Source: a bacterium (GTDB taxonomy: Bacteria; Patescibacteriota; Gracilibacteria; JAUYGZ01). From it: a stretch of 64,000 bases of DNA. The notes beneath the pieces are model-generated. The model searched no databases. It was not told the origin of the DNA and worked only from the letters and a program-made list of their open reading frames with translations. Position 1 is the stretch's first letter. Every line of letters starts with the position of its first letter. A program made the translations under genes and the position numbers. The DNA lies in contig JAUYGZ010000008.1 of the NCBI GenBank assembly GCA_030690415.1, forward strand, positions 47,281-111,280. The letters are read 5' to 3'. Positions 19,057-29,159 of this stretch are shown in pieces.

Positions 19057-19126
19057 GCTCTCAAGGTCGTGCAAGAAGAACATTTTTCCGCTATAATACT
19101 ATGAACAATAAAACCAATACAAACTC

Positions 19127-19828
19127 ATGCAGTGGAAAGAACTTGAAGGTATTATTCATGATCACAGCAAGGCTCTGAAGAGTGAGCAGGTTGAGGAAAT
19201 CTCTTCTGAACTCCTGAAGGATCTCGGCAATGGCGACAAACCGCTTCAGGCAGCTAAGATTGCATACGTATTGGCGCTGCTTCAGCTCAGGACGCAGTTT
19301 CCCAATGCTGAAAAGTGTCTGCAGTTTATTCAACACCTCAAAACGATTCTGGATCACGAAGTGCAGGATGCTGAGCTGAGTGAATCAGAACATTCTTTGG
19401 CCCACCTGGTGTATGTCAGAAAGCTGGCGGAACATTACTATCACCACCTCATGATGCTGGCGGAAGGTCATCAGGAAGGTAAGATTGTCGCTGAACTCAA
19501 GACCCTTAGGAGAAAAAACCATATCCAGCTGCTCAAACTTCAAACCAGTTCCAACCCCTTCTGGAGACAGGAAAGAAATGTGATCAGGAAAGCCATGAGA
19601 AGCCATTATCTCTTTACCGCTTTGATCTTCAGCATCGCTCTGTTTTTTGCCTGGGACACCTTCTGGAGCCTGATGGATTATGGTATGGCTCAGATGATCT
19701 ACAGCGAATATCCGGTTGAAGCGGTATCGACCATCGTTCAAAAAGTTCTGCTACTGCTCTTTTCTCTGAGCTTTGTCTGGGGATTTGTGAGTTATCAGAG
19801 AGGGCATTCAACGGAGGAAGCGGCCTAG
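19127..19828 (+). CDS. Hypothetical membrane protein
   Basis: Helical N-terminal domain plus two C-terminal TM segments. Confidence 0.65.
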   Translation: MQWKELEGIIHDHSKALKSEQVEEISSELLKDLGNGDKPLQAAKIAYVLALLQLRTQFPNAEKCLQFIQHLKTILDHEVQDAELSESEHSLAHLVYVRKLAEHYYHHLMMLAEGHQEGKIVAELKTLRRKNHIQLLKLQTSSNPFWRQERNVIRKAMRSHYLFTALIFSIALFFAWDTFWSLMDYGMAQMIYSEYPVEAVSTIVQKVLLLLFSLSFVWGFVSYQRGHSTEEAA

Positions 19829-19899
19829 ATGTCATTTTACGGTTTGACAATTCTGATTAATTGGTCTATTTTGCGTGCCTGAATTTTTGTTAAAAATGT

Positions 19900-20157
19900 A
19901 TGACAACGCCAGATTCTGAATATCCCCCTTTGCAATTTGATTGGAAAAGAATTCTGCCGGGTGAGGTGAGAAATATCGACGGGGAAATTATCCCGAGAAA
20001 TATTGTAGAGAGGAAAATGAAGGGTGCGGTCAATCTGGACACTTTTTTATCTGCATATCGAAGCCTCCTTATCACCGTCTTTCAAGGTAAAAGTTCTGAT
20101 AAATCTGATGACGAGCTGGATGCATTTATTCGTGATGCCTTTAGTCAAAACGAGTAA
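19900..20157 (+). CDS. Small hypothetical protein
   Basis: 85-aa ORF after a TTGACA-containing promoter-like sequence. Confidence 0.45.
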   Translation: MTTPDSEYPPLQFDWKRILPGEVRNIDGEIIPRNIVERKMKGAVNLDTFLSAYRSLLITVFQGKSSDKSDDELDAFIRDAFSQNE

Positions 20158-20175
20158 ATATCCTCAATTCTTATT

Positions 20176-21840
20176 CTATGCGGCTCTCCCAAAAGCAAAG
20201 TTGATGATTTCATGGGATTGTTTGGTGTATTTTTTGAGAAAATCTCTGCCTTTCCAGTTCAGGAGGTTCTGATAGGTATCATCGTAGGCCTTTCTAAAAA
20301 ATTTTTGATCATTAATGTCTGGCATGTTTCCAGATGTTATTCTTTCATAGATTTCTTTCAGGAGTTCTACTCTGAAGTCTAGGCTAAGATCGTTATAGAA
20401 TTCCCTTCTTGGAAGATCTTCAACTTCTACCACCTCAAGTTCGGGAGTCCTTTCCATGAATAGCTTACTGTTAGACACCTTTCGGGCTATTTGAGGATTG
20501 AAATGAAGCTCCTTTGCGACCGTTCTCAGTATTTCTCCATTATAAGTAGCAATTTCCTGGTCTTTTTTTCCATCCTCTCCTTCTTCCTCTATTTCACCCT
20601 TCTTTGGTTCCGTTTTCATTTTGAAATCGATGCCAAATAGTTTCCAACCGTCTTTCAATTTTCTTTCTATGAAGAGATCGACTCCTCTCAGATCGATTTT
20701 CTTACCGACTCGAATGACCTTTATGTTTTTTTTATTATCGTAAGCTGCTTCTGCCAGGATGTACGACATGATTTTTTCAGCAAATTTTCCCCAGGTGATC
20801 TGCTTCATTTTTCTCTCTTCTTCTTCGGTAGGGAATCGTACATCCTCCAGGATTCTCCCACCAAAAAGCTCTGCATCTCGCGCCAGCAGCTTTGTTCTCA
20901 CTTTCATCGCTTCTTTATGCGCTTCAAGAGTCTTCATATCTTTTTCCCATTGCTGGTACAAGGCTTTCATCCCTTCTAAATCAAGCTGCCTTTCGGAAAT
21001 CATGTCACGATGAGCAATGATTTCTTCCCACGGCTGAGTGTTGGATGAGAGCTCCCTCATGAGTGCATCGAATGATCTGTATTTATTCAGTGTTTCTGGT
21101 TGAAAAAATGTCTTGAAGTAAGCATCAATCTCTTCGTTCTCTCCCATGAGAGCAACCATCATAGCTTTGTGCGCGGAATCTATACCAGCCAGTTCATCTT
21201 GTTCCTGAGCTTTTTCCGATAGTGGTATTGAGATTTGTTCTCTGACTGTTTTTAGCAACTCATTTCGTATCCTTTCTCTCTCTTTTTCTTCTTCTACCCT
21301 TAGACTCTTTTCCTTCTTATGTTGAATTTCTACAAGCTCTTTTAGCAGAGTAACAATCCTTGGTATGACCCGAATCAGGTCCATCAGGACTTTTTGCCGA
21401 CTTTTCGGCTTTCCTATTGGAAGAATTGGATGCTCGCCAGATTGATCTTCAAAAAGAATTTCCTTGTAGGCCTTCATAATCTGTTCATCATCTGTTCCGT
21501 TCGGGAGTCCCCGCAGAAGAGCATCAATTTCCTGTATTCGAAAAGGTGTTCGAAGCTCCTTGAGCAAGTATTGAAGCCTATTCCCATGATCAATCAGAAA
21601 TCGAAGTGATTGGATAGAAGTCTCAGAAGGACGATCGTGGGAATAGCTCTTTCCGAACAATTCTTCGAAGATTTTGAACGCATCATTGTCCAATTCTTTT
21701 TTGTAAGCACGCCTGAGGACAGAGAGGAGATCTGTCCTTTTCTGAATCTCCTGAATCATATCTTTGGCCTCCTGCAGCAGTTGTTCCTCAGATTTTTGAG
21801 GAGCATTTTCTAATGTTTTTTCTAGAGGTATTTTTTGCAT
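20176..21840 (-). CDS. Hypothetical coiled-coil protein with a possible PD-(D/E)xK-like C-terminal domain
   Basis: E/K-rich helices; FAEKI...DLRGVDLFI...GIDFK. Confidence 0.6.
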   Translation of the reverse strand: MQKIPLEKTLENAPQKSEEQLLQEAKDMIQEIQKRTDLLSVLRRAYKKELDNDAFKIFEELFGKSYSHDRPSETSIQSLRFLIDHGNRLQYLLKELRTPFRIQEIDALLRGLPNGTDDEQIMKAYKEILFEDQSGEHPILPIGKPKSRQKVLMDLIRVIPRIVTLLKELVEIQHKKEKSLRVEEEKERERIRNELLKTVREQISIPLSEKAQEQDELAGIDSAHKAMMVALMGENEEIDAYFKTFFQPETLNKYRSFDALMRELSSNTQPWEEIIAHRDMISERQLDLEGMKALYQQWEKDMKTLEAHKEAMKVRTKLLARDAELFGGRILEDVRFPTEEEERKMKQITWGKFAEKIMSYILAEAAYDNKKNIKVIRVGKKIDLRGVDLFIERKLKDGWKLFGIDFKMKTEPKKGEIEEEGEDGKKDQEIATYNGEILRTVAKELHFNPQIARKVSNSKLFMERTPELEVVEVEDLPRREFYNDLSLDFRVELLKEIYERITSGNMPDINDQKFFRKAYDDTYQNLLNWKGRDFLKKYTKQSHEIINFAFGRAA

Positions 21841-21997
21841 GTGTATTTTTTCATTTCAAACCAAGGAACCGGGCCCTAGGCTTTCTGCCTATTATATCAT
21901 ATTTTCGATACCTTTGCCAGCAGCGCTACCAGCTTGAAGATCTCGCTTCAACAGTTCCCGTGCTAGAGTGTTTTTTGAATCATTAATTCTAGGTTCC

Positions 21998-24706
21998 ATG
22001 ACTGTCCGTCTGTCCTCTGCTCTTTTCATTTGTCTATTTATTCTTACCCTTTCCGGGTGTTCTCAAACCAACACCATTGTATTTGAAAAGCCCATTCCCG
22101 GAGAAGAGGTCTATCGCTATCAGCTCCAAAACGGTCTGAAGGTGATACTCCAACCAGTGCACTCCACTCCCGTCGTGGCCATGAATGTCTGGGTCCATGT
22201 AGGAGCGAAGAATGAAGACTCCGATACTCGTGGAATTGTGCATGTTCATGAACACATGGCTTTTCAGGGTACGGATTCTTTTCCCGAAGGAGAAATATTC
22301 AGTCTCGTGGAAGGTTTGGGAGGAGACTTGAATGCCTTTACCGACTTTGATACCACGGTGTACTTCATTACTCTTCCCTCCAGAGGACTGAACCAAGGTC
22401 TCGAAATCCTTTCAAGCATGGTCCAGGAAAGCAATTTCCCAGAGGAATCCCTTAAGAATGAACTTCAGGTGATACTCGAGGAATATCGTGCGGCTCAGGA
22501 CCAACCAGTCGATATCCTACGCAATGCGTTTTTGAAGGAAGTCTTTTCGGTTCATCCGTATCGTGAGCCCATCCTTGGCACTGAGGAATCTATCCCCTCT
22601 ATCACCCGAGACCAGGTGGTGGCCTTCAACAAGAAATGGTATGTTCCCTCCAATATGAGCCTTGTTTTGGTGGGGGATTTTGATCCTGATCAGGTCATTG
22701 CCCAGATTCAGAAGTTTTTTGGAGATGCTCCTTTCCACCCCGTTCCGGAAAGGTCTGTGCCTCAAGAACCTCCTCAAACGGAAATGAAAAGCATCATTCT
22801 CCAGAAGCCTTTTGACAGTACCTTCATGGGTTTTGCCTTTCAAGCACCAGGACTCTCCGACCCTGAGACTCCCGTCCTCGACGTGCTCCTGAGTCTGGTG
22901 GGCACCGGACGCAGCTCCCGACTTATTCAGAAAATTCGAGAACAGGCGCAACTCGTTCAAAGTATCCAAACAATCCCCTTTACCCCTGAAGACCCCGGGC
23001 TTTCTGCTGTCCTGGCTCAACTGAAACCTGAAGATATTGAAGAGGCCTTTCGAGCAACCCTAAGGGAATTTTATCTGCTTAAGTATGTCCCCGTACCCGA
23101 TCATGAACTCGAAAAAGCCAGGCTTTTATCCGCGTCCGGGTTTATTTATGGGAAGGAGAGCTATAGTGGCCTTGCCGGGAAGTTGGGGTCATTTGAAACC
23201 ACCGGAGGTGGCCTGGAAAATGAACCCTTTTATTTAAACCGGATTCAAACTACGAGTGCCCGAGATATCATGGATTACGCCCTGAAGTATTTTCAAAACG
23301 ATGCCCTAAGTGTCGGGATCATGTATCCCGAATCTCTTCCCGTTTCCGAGCTCATCACTCAAGATCGGATCAAGGAAATCGCAGAATCAGTCGAGGCAGA
23401 TCTCCAAGTACAGTATGGGTTTTCAGACGAGATTGCTTCACAGGAATACTTCGTAGACTCAGGAGTCACGAATGTTCACTTCCAGAATGGAATGACGCTT
23501 TTAGTTCGTGAGGACCCCAGTGTAGAGACCGTCGGTATTTCAGCGGTGTTTTTGGGAGGACTCAGGTTTGAAAACGATGAGAATGCCGGAACTTCGGCCT
23601 TCCTGGCGGAACTCATGACCCGTGGAACACAGAGCCGTGACCAGATCCAGATCGCCGAGGAAATAGAATCCATCGCCGGAGGATTGAGTGGGTTTTCAGG
23701 ACGAAACAGTTTTGGGCTCAATGCCAACAGCCTAAGTCGCTACTCTCCGGAAATGCTGAGCATTGTAAGCGACCTCATTCGGAACAGCAGCTTTCCGAAA
23801 GATCAGGTCGAAGCCGTTCGGAAACTGGTCGTTGGAGCCTTGGAAGATGATGAGAGTAATGCCATCCAGCTGGCTTTGGATGCCTTCACTTCGATGCTTT
23901 ATGGAGATCATCCCTATCACTTCAATACTTTCGGAACCCTTACCAATGCACAGTCCTTTACGAGTGAGGATTTTCAAGACTTCTCCCTCCAATATGTCGT
24001 TCCTCAAAATCTGGTTCTTTCTGTCGTAGGAGATGTTTCGACTGAAGATGTCATCAGGAGCGTTGCTCAGGGACTTGGAGATTGGGAGGGGCCTGATCAG
24101 TTTGTGGAGCCGGTCCCTGCGGCACCGGCTTTCCCAAGCCAGTCACAGGAACGGAGGATTCATGTCGTGAAAGAGCAGACGAATACATTTCTCGGATTTA
24201 AGGGTATCACCCTTGATTCACCTGACCGCTATGCTTTTCAGGTCGCTGATAAAATTCTTTCCGGCACCAGCGGTCGTCTCTTTAGCACCCTGAGAGATCA
24301 GGAAGGACTGGCTTACACGGTGACCGGATTTAGTGTGGAAGGCTTCCGTGAACCCGGCTTTTATGTGGTGTATATCGCGAATGAGCCCTCCAAAACAGAG
24401 CAGGCGATCGAAGGGATAAAGCGAGAGATTCAAAAGCTCATCGACGATGGAGTGAGCGACGAAGAGCTGGAAAAAACCAAGCGCCTGGTTACCGGAAACT
24501 TTGTGATCGGACTTCAGACTTTCAAGTCGCAGGCCAGTGCTCTTGCCACTTCAGAGCGCTATGGGATGGGGTTTGATGACTATTTGAAGTTTGAAGACTC
24601 CATCAATGCCGTCACCAAAGAAGATGTCCAGCGTGTTGCTCAGAAGTACTTTACGCTCGATGAATCCATACTTACCAGTGTTGGGCCACAAAATCCTCAA
24701 GAATAA
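21998..24706 (+). CDS. M16 (pitrilysin) family zinc protease, lipoprotein
   Basis: Lipobox LSGC; HVHEH (HXXEH); LNAFTDFDTTVY; second, degenerate M16 half. Confidence 0.93.
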   Translation: MTVRLSSALFICLFILTLSGCSQTNTIVFEKPIPGEEVYRYQLQNGLKVILQPVHSTPVVAMNVWVHVGAKNEDSDTRGIVHVHEHMAFQGTDSFPEGEIFSLVEGLGGDLNAFTDFDTTVYFITLPSRGLNQGLEILSSMVQESNFPEESLKNELQVILEEYRAAQDQPVDILRNAFLKEVFSVHPYREPILGTEESIPSITRDQVVAFNKKWYVPSNMSLVLVGDFDPDQVIAQIQKFFGDAPFHPVPERSVPQEPPQTEMKSIILQKPFDSTFMGFAFQAPGLSDPETPVLDVLLSLVGTGRSSRLIQKIREQAQLVQSIQTIPFTPEDPGLSAVLAQLKPEDIEEAFRATLREFYLLKYVPVPDHELEKARLLSASGFIYGKESYSGLAGKLGSFETTGGGLENEPFYLNRIQTTSARDIMDYALKYFQNDALSVGIMYPESLPVSELITQDRIKEIAESVEADLQVQYGFSDEIASQEYFVDSGVTNVHFQNGMTLLVREDPSVETVGISAVFLGGLRFENDENAGTSAFLAELMTRGTQSRDQIQIAEEIESIAGGLSGFSGRNSFGLNANSLSRYSPEMLSIVSDLIRNSSFPKDQVEAVRKLVVGALEDDESNAIQLALDAFTSMLYGDHPYHFNTFGTLTNAQSFTSEDFQDFSLQYVVPQNLVLSVVGDVSTEDVIRSVAQGLGDWEGPDQFVEPVPAAPAFPSQSQERRIHVVKEQTNTFLGFKGITLDSPDRYAFQVADKILSGTSGRLFSTLRDQEGLAYTVTGFSVEGFREPGFYVVYIANEPSKTEQAIEGIKREIQKLIDDGVSDEELEKTKRLVTGNFVIGLQTFKSQASALATSERYGMGFDDYLKFEDSINAVTKEDVQRVAQKYFTLDESILTSVGPQNPQE

Positions 24707-24711
24707 ATTCC

Positions 24712-25824
24712 ATGCGACGTCTTATTTCTCTCGCGTTGTTTTCTTTCCTCCTGGTGATCAGCCATTCTCAGGCTTTCGCTCAGGAGGAAATAACTACTCC
24801 TACGTATCGGGATGACTACTATCGTGGGCAAGTCACGAAAATTCTTGATGAACACGATACGGAAGTCATGGGAGATCATCAGATCACGCAGAAACTCCTG
24901 GTAGAAATCACAGAGGGGCCAGAGAAGGGGAAGGAAGTTGAAATTGATCAGCCCGTCACCTCATCCCAACCCGATGATCTGAAGTTTCGTATCGGAGATA
25001 CTGTAGTCGTCCTGAGGAATCAGGAGTTTGACCAGCCCCTTTACTACATCATGGACCAGTATCGATTGCCCTCTCTCATCTGGCTTTTTGGGGTGTTTTT
25101 TATTCTCACGATTATCTTCGCAGGCTGGACGGGTCTCACTGCCTTGATCGGACTGGCGTTCAACCTTCTGGTCATTGTTTCCTATATCATCCCCCAGATC
25201 ATTGCAGGAGAAAATCCTCTTGTAGTCAGCTTCATCGGAGGAGTTGGGATAGCTCTGGTGTCCTTATACTTCGCGCATGGCTTCAATAAGCGTACGTCGA
25301 TTGCACTGGTGGGGACTCTATCGACACTCGTCATTGCTCTACCGCTCTCTATGCTCTTCGTCGGAGTGAGTAGACTGACCGGAGTCGGGACGGAAGAAGC
25401 CTTCTTTCTTCAGCTAGGGACCCTGGGCAATATCAACCTCAAAGGACTTCTCCTAGGAGGGATCATGATCGGTGTGCTGGGAGTCCTGGATGACGTCACG
25501 ACAGCACAGTCTGCCGCTGTGGAAGAATTGAAGAAGGCGAATCCTCGATTAGGATTTGGAGAACTTTACAGGAGGGGGCTCTCAATTGGGAAAGAACACA
25601 TCACATCGCTGATCAATACGCTCGCTTTGGCTTACGTGGGTGCTTCATTTCCCGTTCTTCTTATTTTTCATGTCTCGCAACAGCCGGTCTGGGCTATTTT
25701 GAACAGTGAGTTTATTGCGGAGGAAATTGTACGGACATTAGTGGGCAGTGTCGCCTTGATTTTGGCGGTGCCTATTACGACGGCATTGGCGGCATGGTAT
25801 TTTGGAAAGCAGAGAAATCTTTGA
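24712..25824 (+). CDS. YibE/F family membrane protein
   Basis: IGVLGVLDDV, NTLALAYVG, EEIVRTLVGS. Confidence 0.9.
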   Translation: MRRLISLALFSFLLVISHSQAFAQEEITTPTYRDDYYRGQVTKILDEHDTEVMGDHQITQKLLVEITEGPEKGKEVEIDQPVTSSQPDDLKFRIGDTVVVLRNQEFDQPLYYIMDQYRLPSLIWLFGVFFILTIIFAGWTGLTALIGLAFNLLVIVSYIIPQIIAGENPLVVSFIGGVGIALVSLYFAHGFNKRTSIALVGTLSTLVIALPLSMLFVGVSRLTGVGTEEAFFLQLGTLGNINLKGLLLGGIMIGVLGVLDDVTTAQSAAVEELKKANPRLGFGELYRRGLSIGKEHITSLINTLALAYVGASFPVLLIFHVSQQPVWAILNSEFIAEEIVRTLVGSVALILAVPITTALAAWYFGKQRNL

Positions 25825-25861
25825 CATTTGGACTGATTTCCTTAGACTTTCTGATGCTCAT

Positions 25862-25936
25862 GGCGCCATCGTCTAGTGGTTAGGACATCAGGTTTTCATC
25901 CTGGCAACAGGGGTTCGATTCCCCTTGGCGCTACCA
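25862..25936 (+). tRNA. tRNA-Glu(TTC)
   Basis: GGCGCCATCGTCTAGTGGTTAGGAC-ATCAGG TTTTCAT CCTGG...GGTTCGATTCC...ACCA. Confidence 0.97.
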
Positions 25937-26385
25937 TCTTTTACCATCAGATAGTCTAAGAAATATGCTAGTTTCAGCTTTTTTTCGAAGATGAAACCCT
26001 GCTTTTCGTAATACGATACAAGAGATTTCTGACACAGAAGCCAGTTTGCTTTCCCCCGACTGGAGCCTTCGGCAAAATTCATAATCTGTTTCCCATATCC
26101 CTTTTTTCTACTTGCCGATTCAACATAAAGAAAAGCCCAATACACTCCTTGTGATTTCAGGAGTTCATGAATCCTGAGATCCTTCTCTCCTCCTGGTTCA
26201 GGACACACCCCTGAAAAAAGAACCATGCCCCCCCTAATTTTCGCCTTCTCTTGAAGTAATACAAAGCGCATGCTTTCAGACGTGCTTTTCAATAGGTCTT
26301 TTATCTCCACCTTCCATGAATTGGGAATGATGCGTAAAAAACTCTTGATTATAGAGTCGCCATTCTGTGGTATCAGGAGTTTCAT
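25888..26385 (-). CDS. GNAT-family acetyltransferase
   Basis: LYVESASRKKGYGKQIM (motif A), YYEKQGF (motif B); TGATG coupling to the upstream gene. Confidence 0.75.
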   Translation of the reverse strand: MKLLIPQNGDSIIKSFLRIIPNSWKVEIKDLLKSTSESMRFVLLQEKAKIRGGMVLFSGVCPEPGGEKDLRIHELLKSQGVYWAFLYVESASRKKGYGKQIMNFAEGSSRGKANWLLCQKSLVSYYEKQGFIFEKKLKLAYFLDYLMVKDGSAKGNRTPVARMKT

Positions 26386-27698
26386 CAGATATATCCCCAA
26401 GAATGCAGTTTGTCTCCCTCATCATACCAACGGTTTCCTATATCCGTGCGATAGTACATATTGGGGATCAGAATATGCTGAATCCGCCCATAAGCCTGTT
26501 TTTGGGCTTCTCTCATCGTGGTTCCGGTGCCTGTCACCAGGAGGGCGATTCCTGAACTTCCTGTAATAAGCCATTCTCCCTTGTAGGACCTGAGATCCTG
26601 AGGGTGGATTCCCTCATAGTTTTTTTTCTCAAAGACCACCACTGCGTCCTTGGAAAAGGAGTTAAGAGTTTTGTTATCTTTGTAAGGGAATGGTGGGACG
26701 ACCAGGAGGACGCCCACCTGAAATCCTTTTCGGGTCTTGAAGGTGAAGTCTTTCCCCTGTGCAAGCTGATAGAATAGAGCCCCCATCTCATCCAGAATCC
26801 CTTCCCGCTGGATACTGATCTGGGGATGACCAAAACGACAGGTAAACTCTAAAGGGTAGATACCATTATTATTCACAATGGTGTTCAAGTCGATAGATCC
26901 GACATAGCCGGTTTTGGCCAAACGGGGCTCCATTTTGCGCAGGGTTTTTTCGAAGATGGGACTGCTTTTATTCCAGAACATGCTGGTTCCCATTTCTCCT
27001 GTCGAGACCCCAAGCTCTCCAGGGAAAAGCTTTTTGTGTTCAAAGGTGATGTTGATGGGAGCGATGAATTTTTTCCCATTGAAGAAAGCCGCGACGCTGA
27101 CCTCCACTCCGGTCATCTTTTTCTGAAGTTGAAAGGTCGAAATTTCATCTCCCCAGGTCTTCTGATAGCTCTTCAGTATCCTGATGACATCTGAGCCGTC
27201 TTCCTCCGCCCCGATGAAAACAAATTGTTTTTGATGCTGGGCTTCACCGGATGGCTTAATGACGTACTTTCCAGGGTTTGTTTTGACAAAGGCAATCGCC
27301 GTATCGAAATCGGAAAACTCTTCATAGTCCAGAATCTTGATCCCATGTGCTTCGAGCTCGTCCTGTCCAAAGCTGCGGTCATTTTCCAGCTGGTCAGTGT
27401 ACTGCGATCCCCCCACGACGAGTTTTCCCTGCTTCCGGAGATTTTCCGCAATCTCACCGTAACCCACATGATCAAAAATAATAATATCGGCCCAATCGAT
27501 ATGTTTTTCCCAGTGTTTTACCCGCTGGACAAAACCCGCTCCGACTTCTCTTTCTGACTTCACGTCGATATAAAATTTGACCTTGTGTCCTTCATTTTTG
27601 ATACACCAAGCAAGATCAAGAATAACCGCTTCACGGGAGATAAAAAGAAAGTTTTTAGGGGAGAGAGCTTTCAAAAAAAAGGTTTCTGATGGTTTCAT
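26385..27698 (-). CDS. PurD-like ATP-grasp ligase (phosphoribosylamine-glycine ligase family)
   Basis: LENDRSFG, YVIKPSG, EHKKLFPGELGVSTGEMG, LEFTCRFGHP, YYRTDIG. Confidence 0.8.
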   Translation of the reverse strand: MKPSETFFLKALSPKNFLFISREAVILDLAWCIKNEGHKVKFYIDVKSEREVGAGFVQRVKHWEKHIDWADIIIFDHVGYGEIAENLRKQGKLVVGGSQYTDQLENDRSFGQDELEAHGIKILDYEEFSDFDTAIAFVKTNPGKYVIKPSGEAQHQKQFVFIGAEEDGSDVIRILKSYQKTWGDEISTFQLQKKMTGVEVSVAAFFNGKKFIAPINITFEHKKLFPGELGVSTGEMGTSMFWNKSSPIFEKTLRKMEPRLAKTGYVGSIDLNTIVNNNGIYPLEFTCRFGHPQISIQREGILDEMGALFYQLAQGKDFTFKTRKGFQVGVLLVVPPFPYKDNKTLNSFSKDAVVVFEKKNYEGIHPQDLRSYKGEWLITGSSGIALLVTGTGTTMREAQKQAYGRIQHILIPNMYYRTDIGNRWYDEGDKLHSWGYI

Positions 27699-27748
27699 AT
27701 TGGAGAATATCCCTTCTTTTGAAATAATAAAGCTGATTTGAATGGCTT

Positions 27749-28447
27749 ATGAAACCTCTCCTTACCGTCCCCATTGTTACTCACGAACCGAAACAGATTG
27801 AAGACCAGCTTCGTTCGAAGGTTCAGGGAGTAGAAGCCTACGAGATCTGGCTGGATCATCTGAAGAGAAAATATCTGAAACCCGAAATCATCGCTGAACT
27901 GGTGAAGAGCTGGAAACGGATTACGGATAAAAAGTTGATCTGTGTCTTGAAGAGCAAGCGGGAAAAAGGGAAGTACACTGATGGATGTCGAGGAAGAGCC
28001 GATCTACTTTTAGCGGCTGCTCAGAGTGGAGCTCATTATCTCGATATCGGTTTCCTGACCAGTAAGCAGCAGATCGAGCGCCTGAGAAATGGCAAGGGAA
28101 ATGCAAAGTTGATCATCTCCTGGCATAATTTCCTGAAAACCCCTTCCCGAAAAATCCTTGAGGAAAAAATTCAACAGATGAAGGTGTTAGGGGCTGATGT
28201 CATCAAGATCGCCACGATGGTGAAGACTCTTCAGGATAATGAGAATCTTTTGCAGCTCGCGATGGAGTTGACCGTGGACAAAAAAGCTCATATTATCATC
28301 GGTATGGGACAGCTCGGGGTCCTGACTCGTGTCTTCGCAAAGCAATTCGGCAATGAGTTGAACTTTGTAACCCTGGAGAGTCAAACAGCCCCGGGACAGC
28401 TTACTCTGAATCAGATGCTCACCTTTGAAGAGGTTTTACACTCCTAA
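27749..28447 (+). CDS. aroD: Type I 3-dehydroquinate dehydratase
   Basis: EIWLD, IISWHNF, ADVIKIA, MGQLGVLTR, APGQ. Confidence 0.85.
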   Translation: MKPLLTVPIVTHEPKQIEDQLRSKVQGVEAYEIWLDHLKRKYLKPEIIAELVKSWKRITDKKLICVLKSKREKGKYTDGCRGRADLLLAAAQSGAHYLDIGFLTSKQQIERLRNGKGNAKLIISWHNFLKTPSRKILEEKIQQMKVLGADVIKIATMVKTLQDNENLLQLAMELTVDKKAHIIIGMGQLGVLTRVFAKQFGNELNFVTLESQTAPGQLTLNQMLTFEEVLHS

Positions 28448-29146
28448 ATGGAAACGATTCGACTCAATAAATATATTGCTCAAACCGGATACTGTTCCAG
28501 ACGCCAGGCGGATGAGCTCATCGCGTCCGGAAAAGTTTTTTTGAATGACCGTAAGGTCACTGAGCAAGGAGTAAAGATGGATCCGCAAACAGATCAGGTT
28601 CGCGTCAAAGACGGTCCCACTCTTCAGATCAAGCAAGAGAAGGTTCTCCTCATGATGAATAAGCCTAAGGGCTATATCTGCACAAAACGTGACCGGCATG
28701 CTACACGAACTGTTTACGAACTCTTGCCTCAAGCTTATCAGCACCTCAACAGCATTGGTCGCCTGGACAAAGACTCCGAGGGACTGCTCCTCTTCACGAA
28801 TGATGGGGAACTGGCAAACCAGCTCACTCATCCAAAATTCGCTAAGGAAAAGGTCTATCACGTGTCGATTCGAGGTACCGTGGATGAAAAAGACCTGGAT
28901 CGCATGAGAAAGGGGATGAGATTACTCGATTATTCGGTGTCTCCTGCAGTCGTCCAGGAAATCAGTCATGATGAGAAAAAGAATAGAACTGTCCTCGAGA
29001 TCACGATCAAAGAAGGAAAAAATCGCCAGATTCGAAATATGTTTTTGGCGTTGAAAAAACAAGTGAAGAAACTCGTTCGGCTTCGAGCAGGGAAGTACGA
29101 GCTGGGGAAGCTGAAGACAGGGGAGTGGCAGAAGATAAGAATGTAA
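28448..29146 (+). CDS. rRNA pseudouridine synthase (RluB/RsuA family)
   Basis: S4 domain RLNKYIA..SRRQAD; NKPKG; IGRLDKDSEGLL; EGKNRQIR. Confidence 0.93.
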   Translation: METIRLNKYIAQTGYCSRRQADELIASGKVFLNDRKVTEQGVKMDPQTDQVRVKDGPTLQIKQEKVLLMMNKPKGYICTKRDRHATRTVYELLPQAYQHLNSIGRLDKDSEGLLLFTNDGELANQLTHPKFAKEKVYHVSIRGTVDEKDLDRMRKGMRLLDYSVSPAVVQEISHDEKKNRTVLEITIKEGKNRQIRNMFLALKKQVKKLVRLRAGKYELGKLKTGEWQKIRM

Positions 29147-29159
29147 GATTTCACCCCTC

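Noticed and set aside
25862-27750. Genomic island at tRNA-Glu
   Set aside because: I found no second copy of the tRNA 3' end and no integrase
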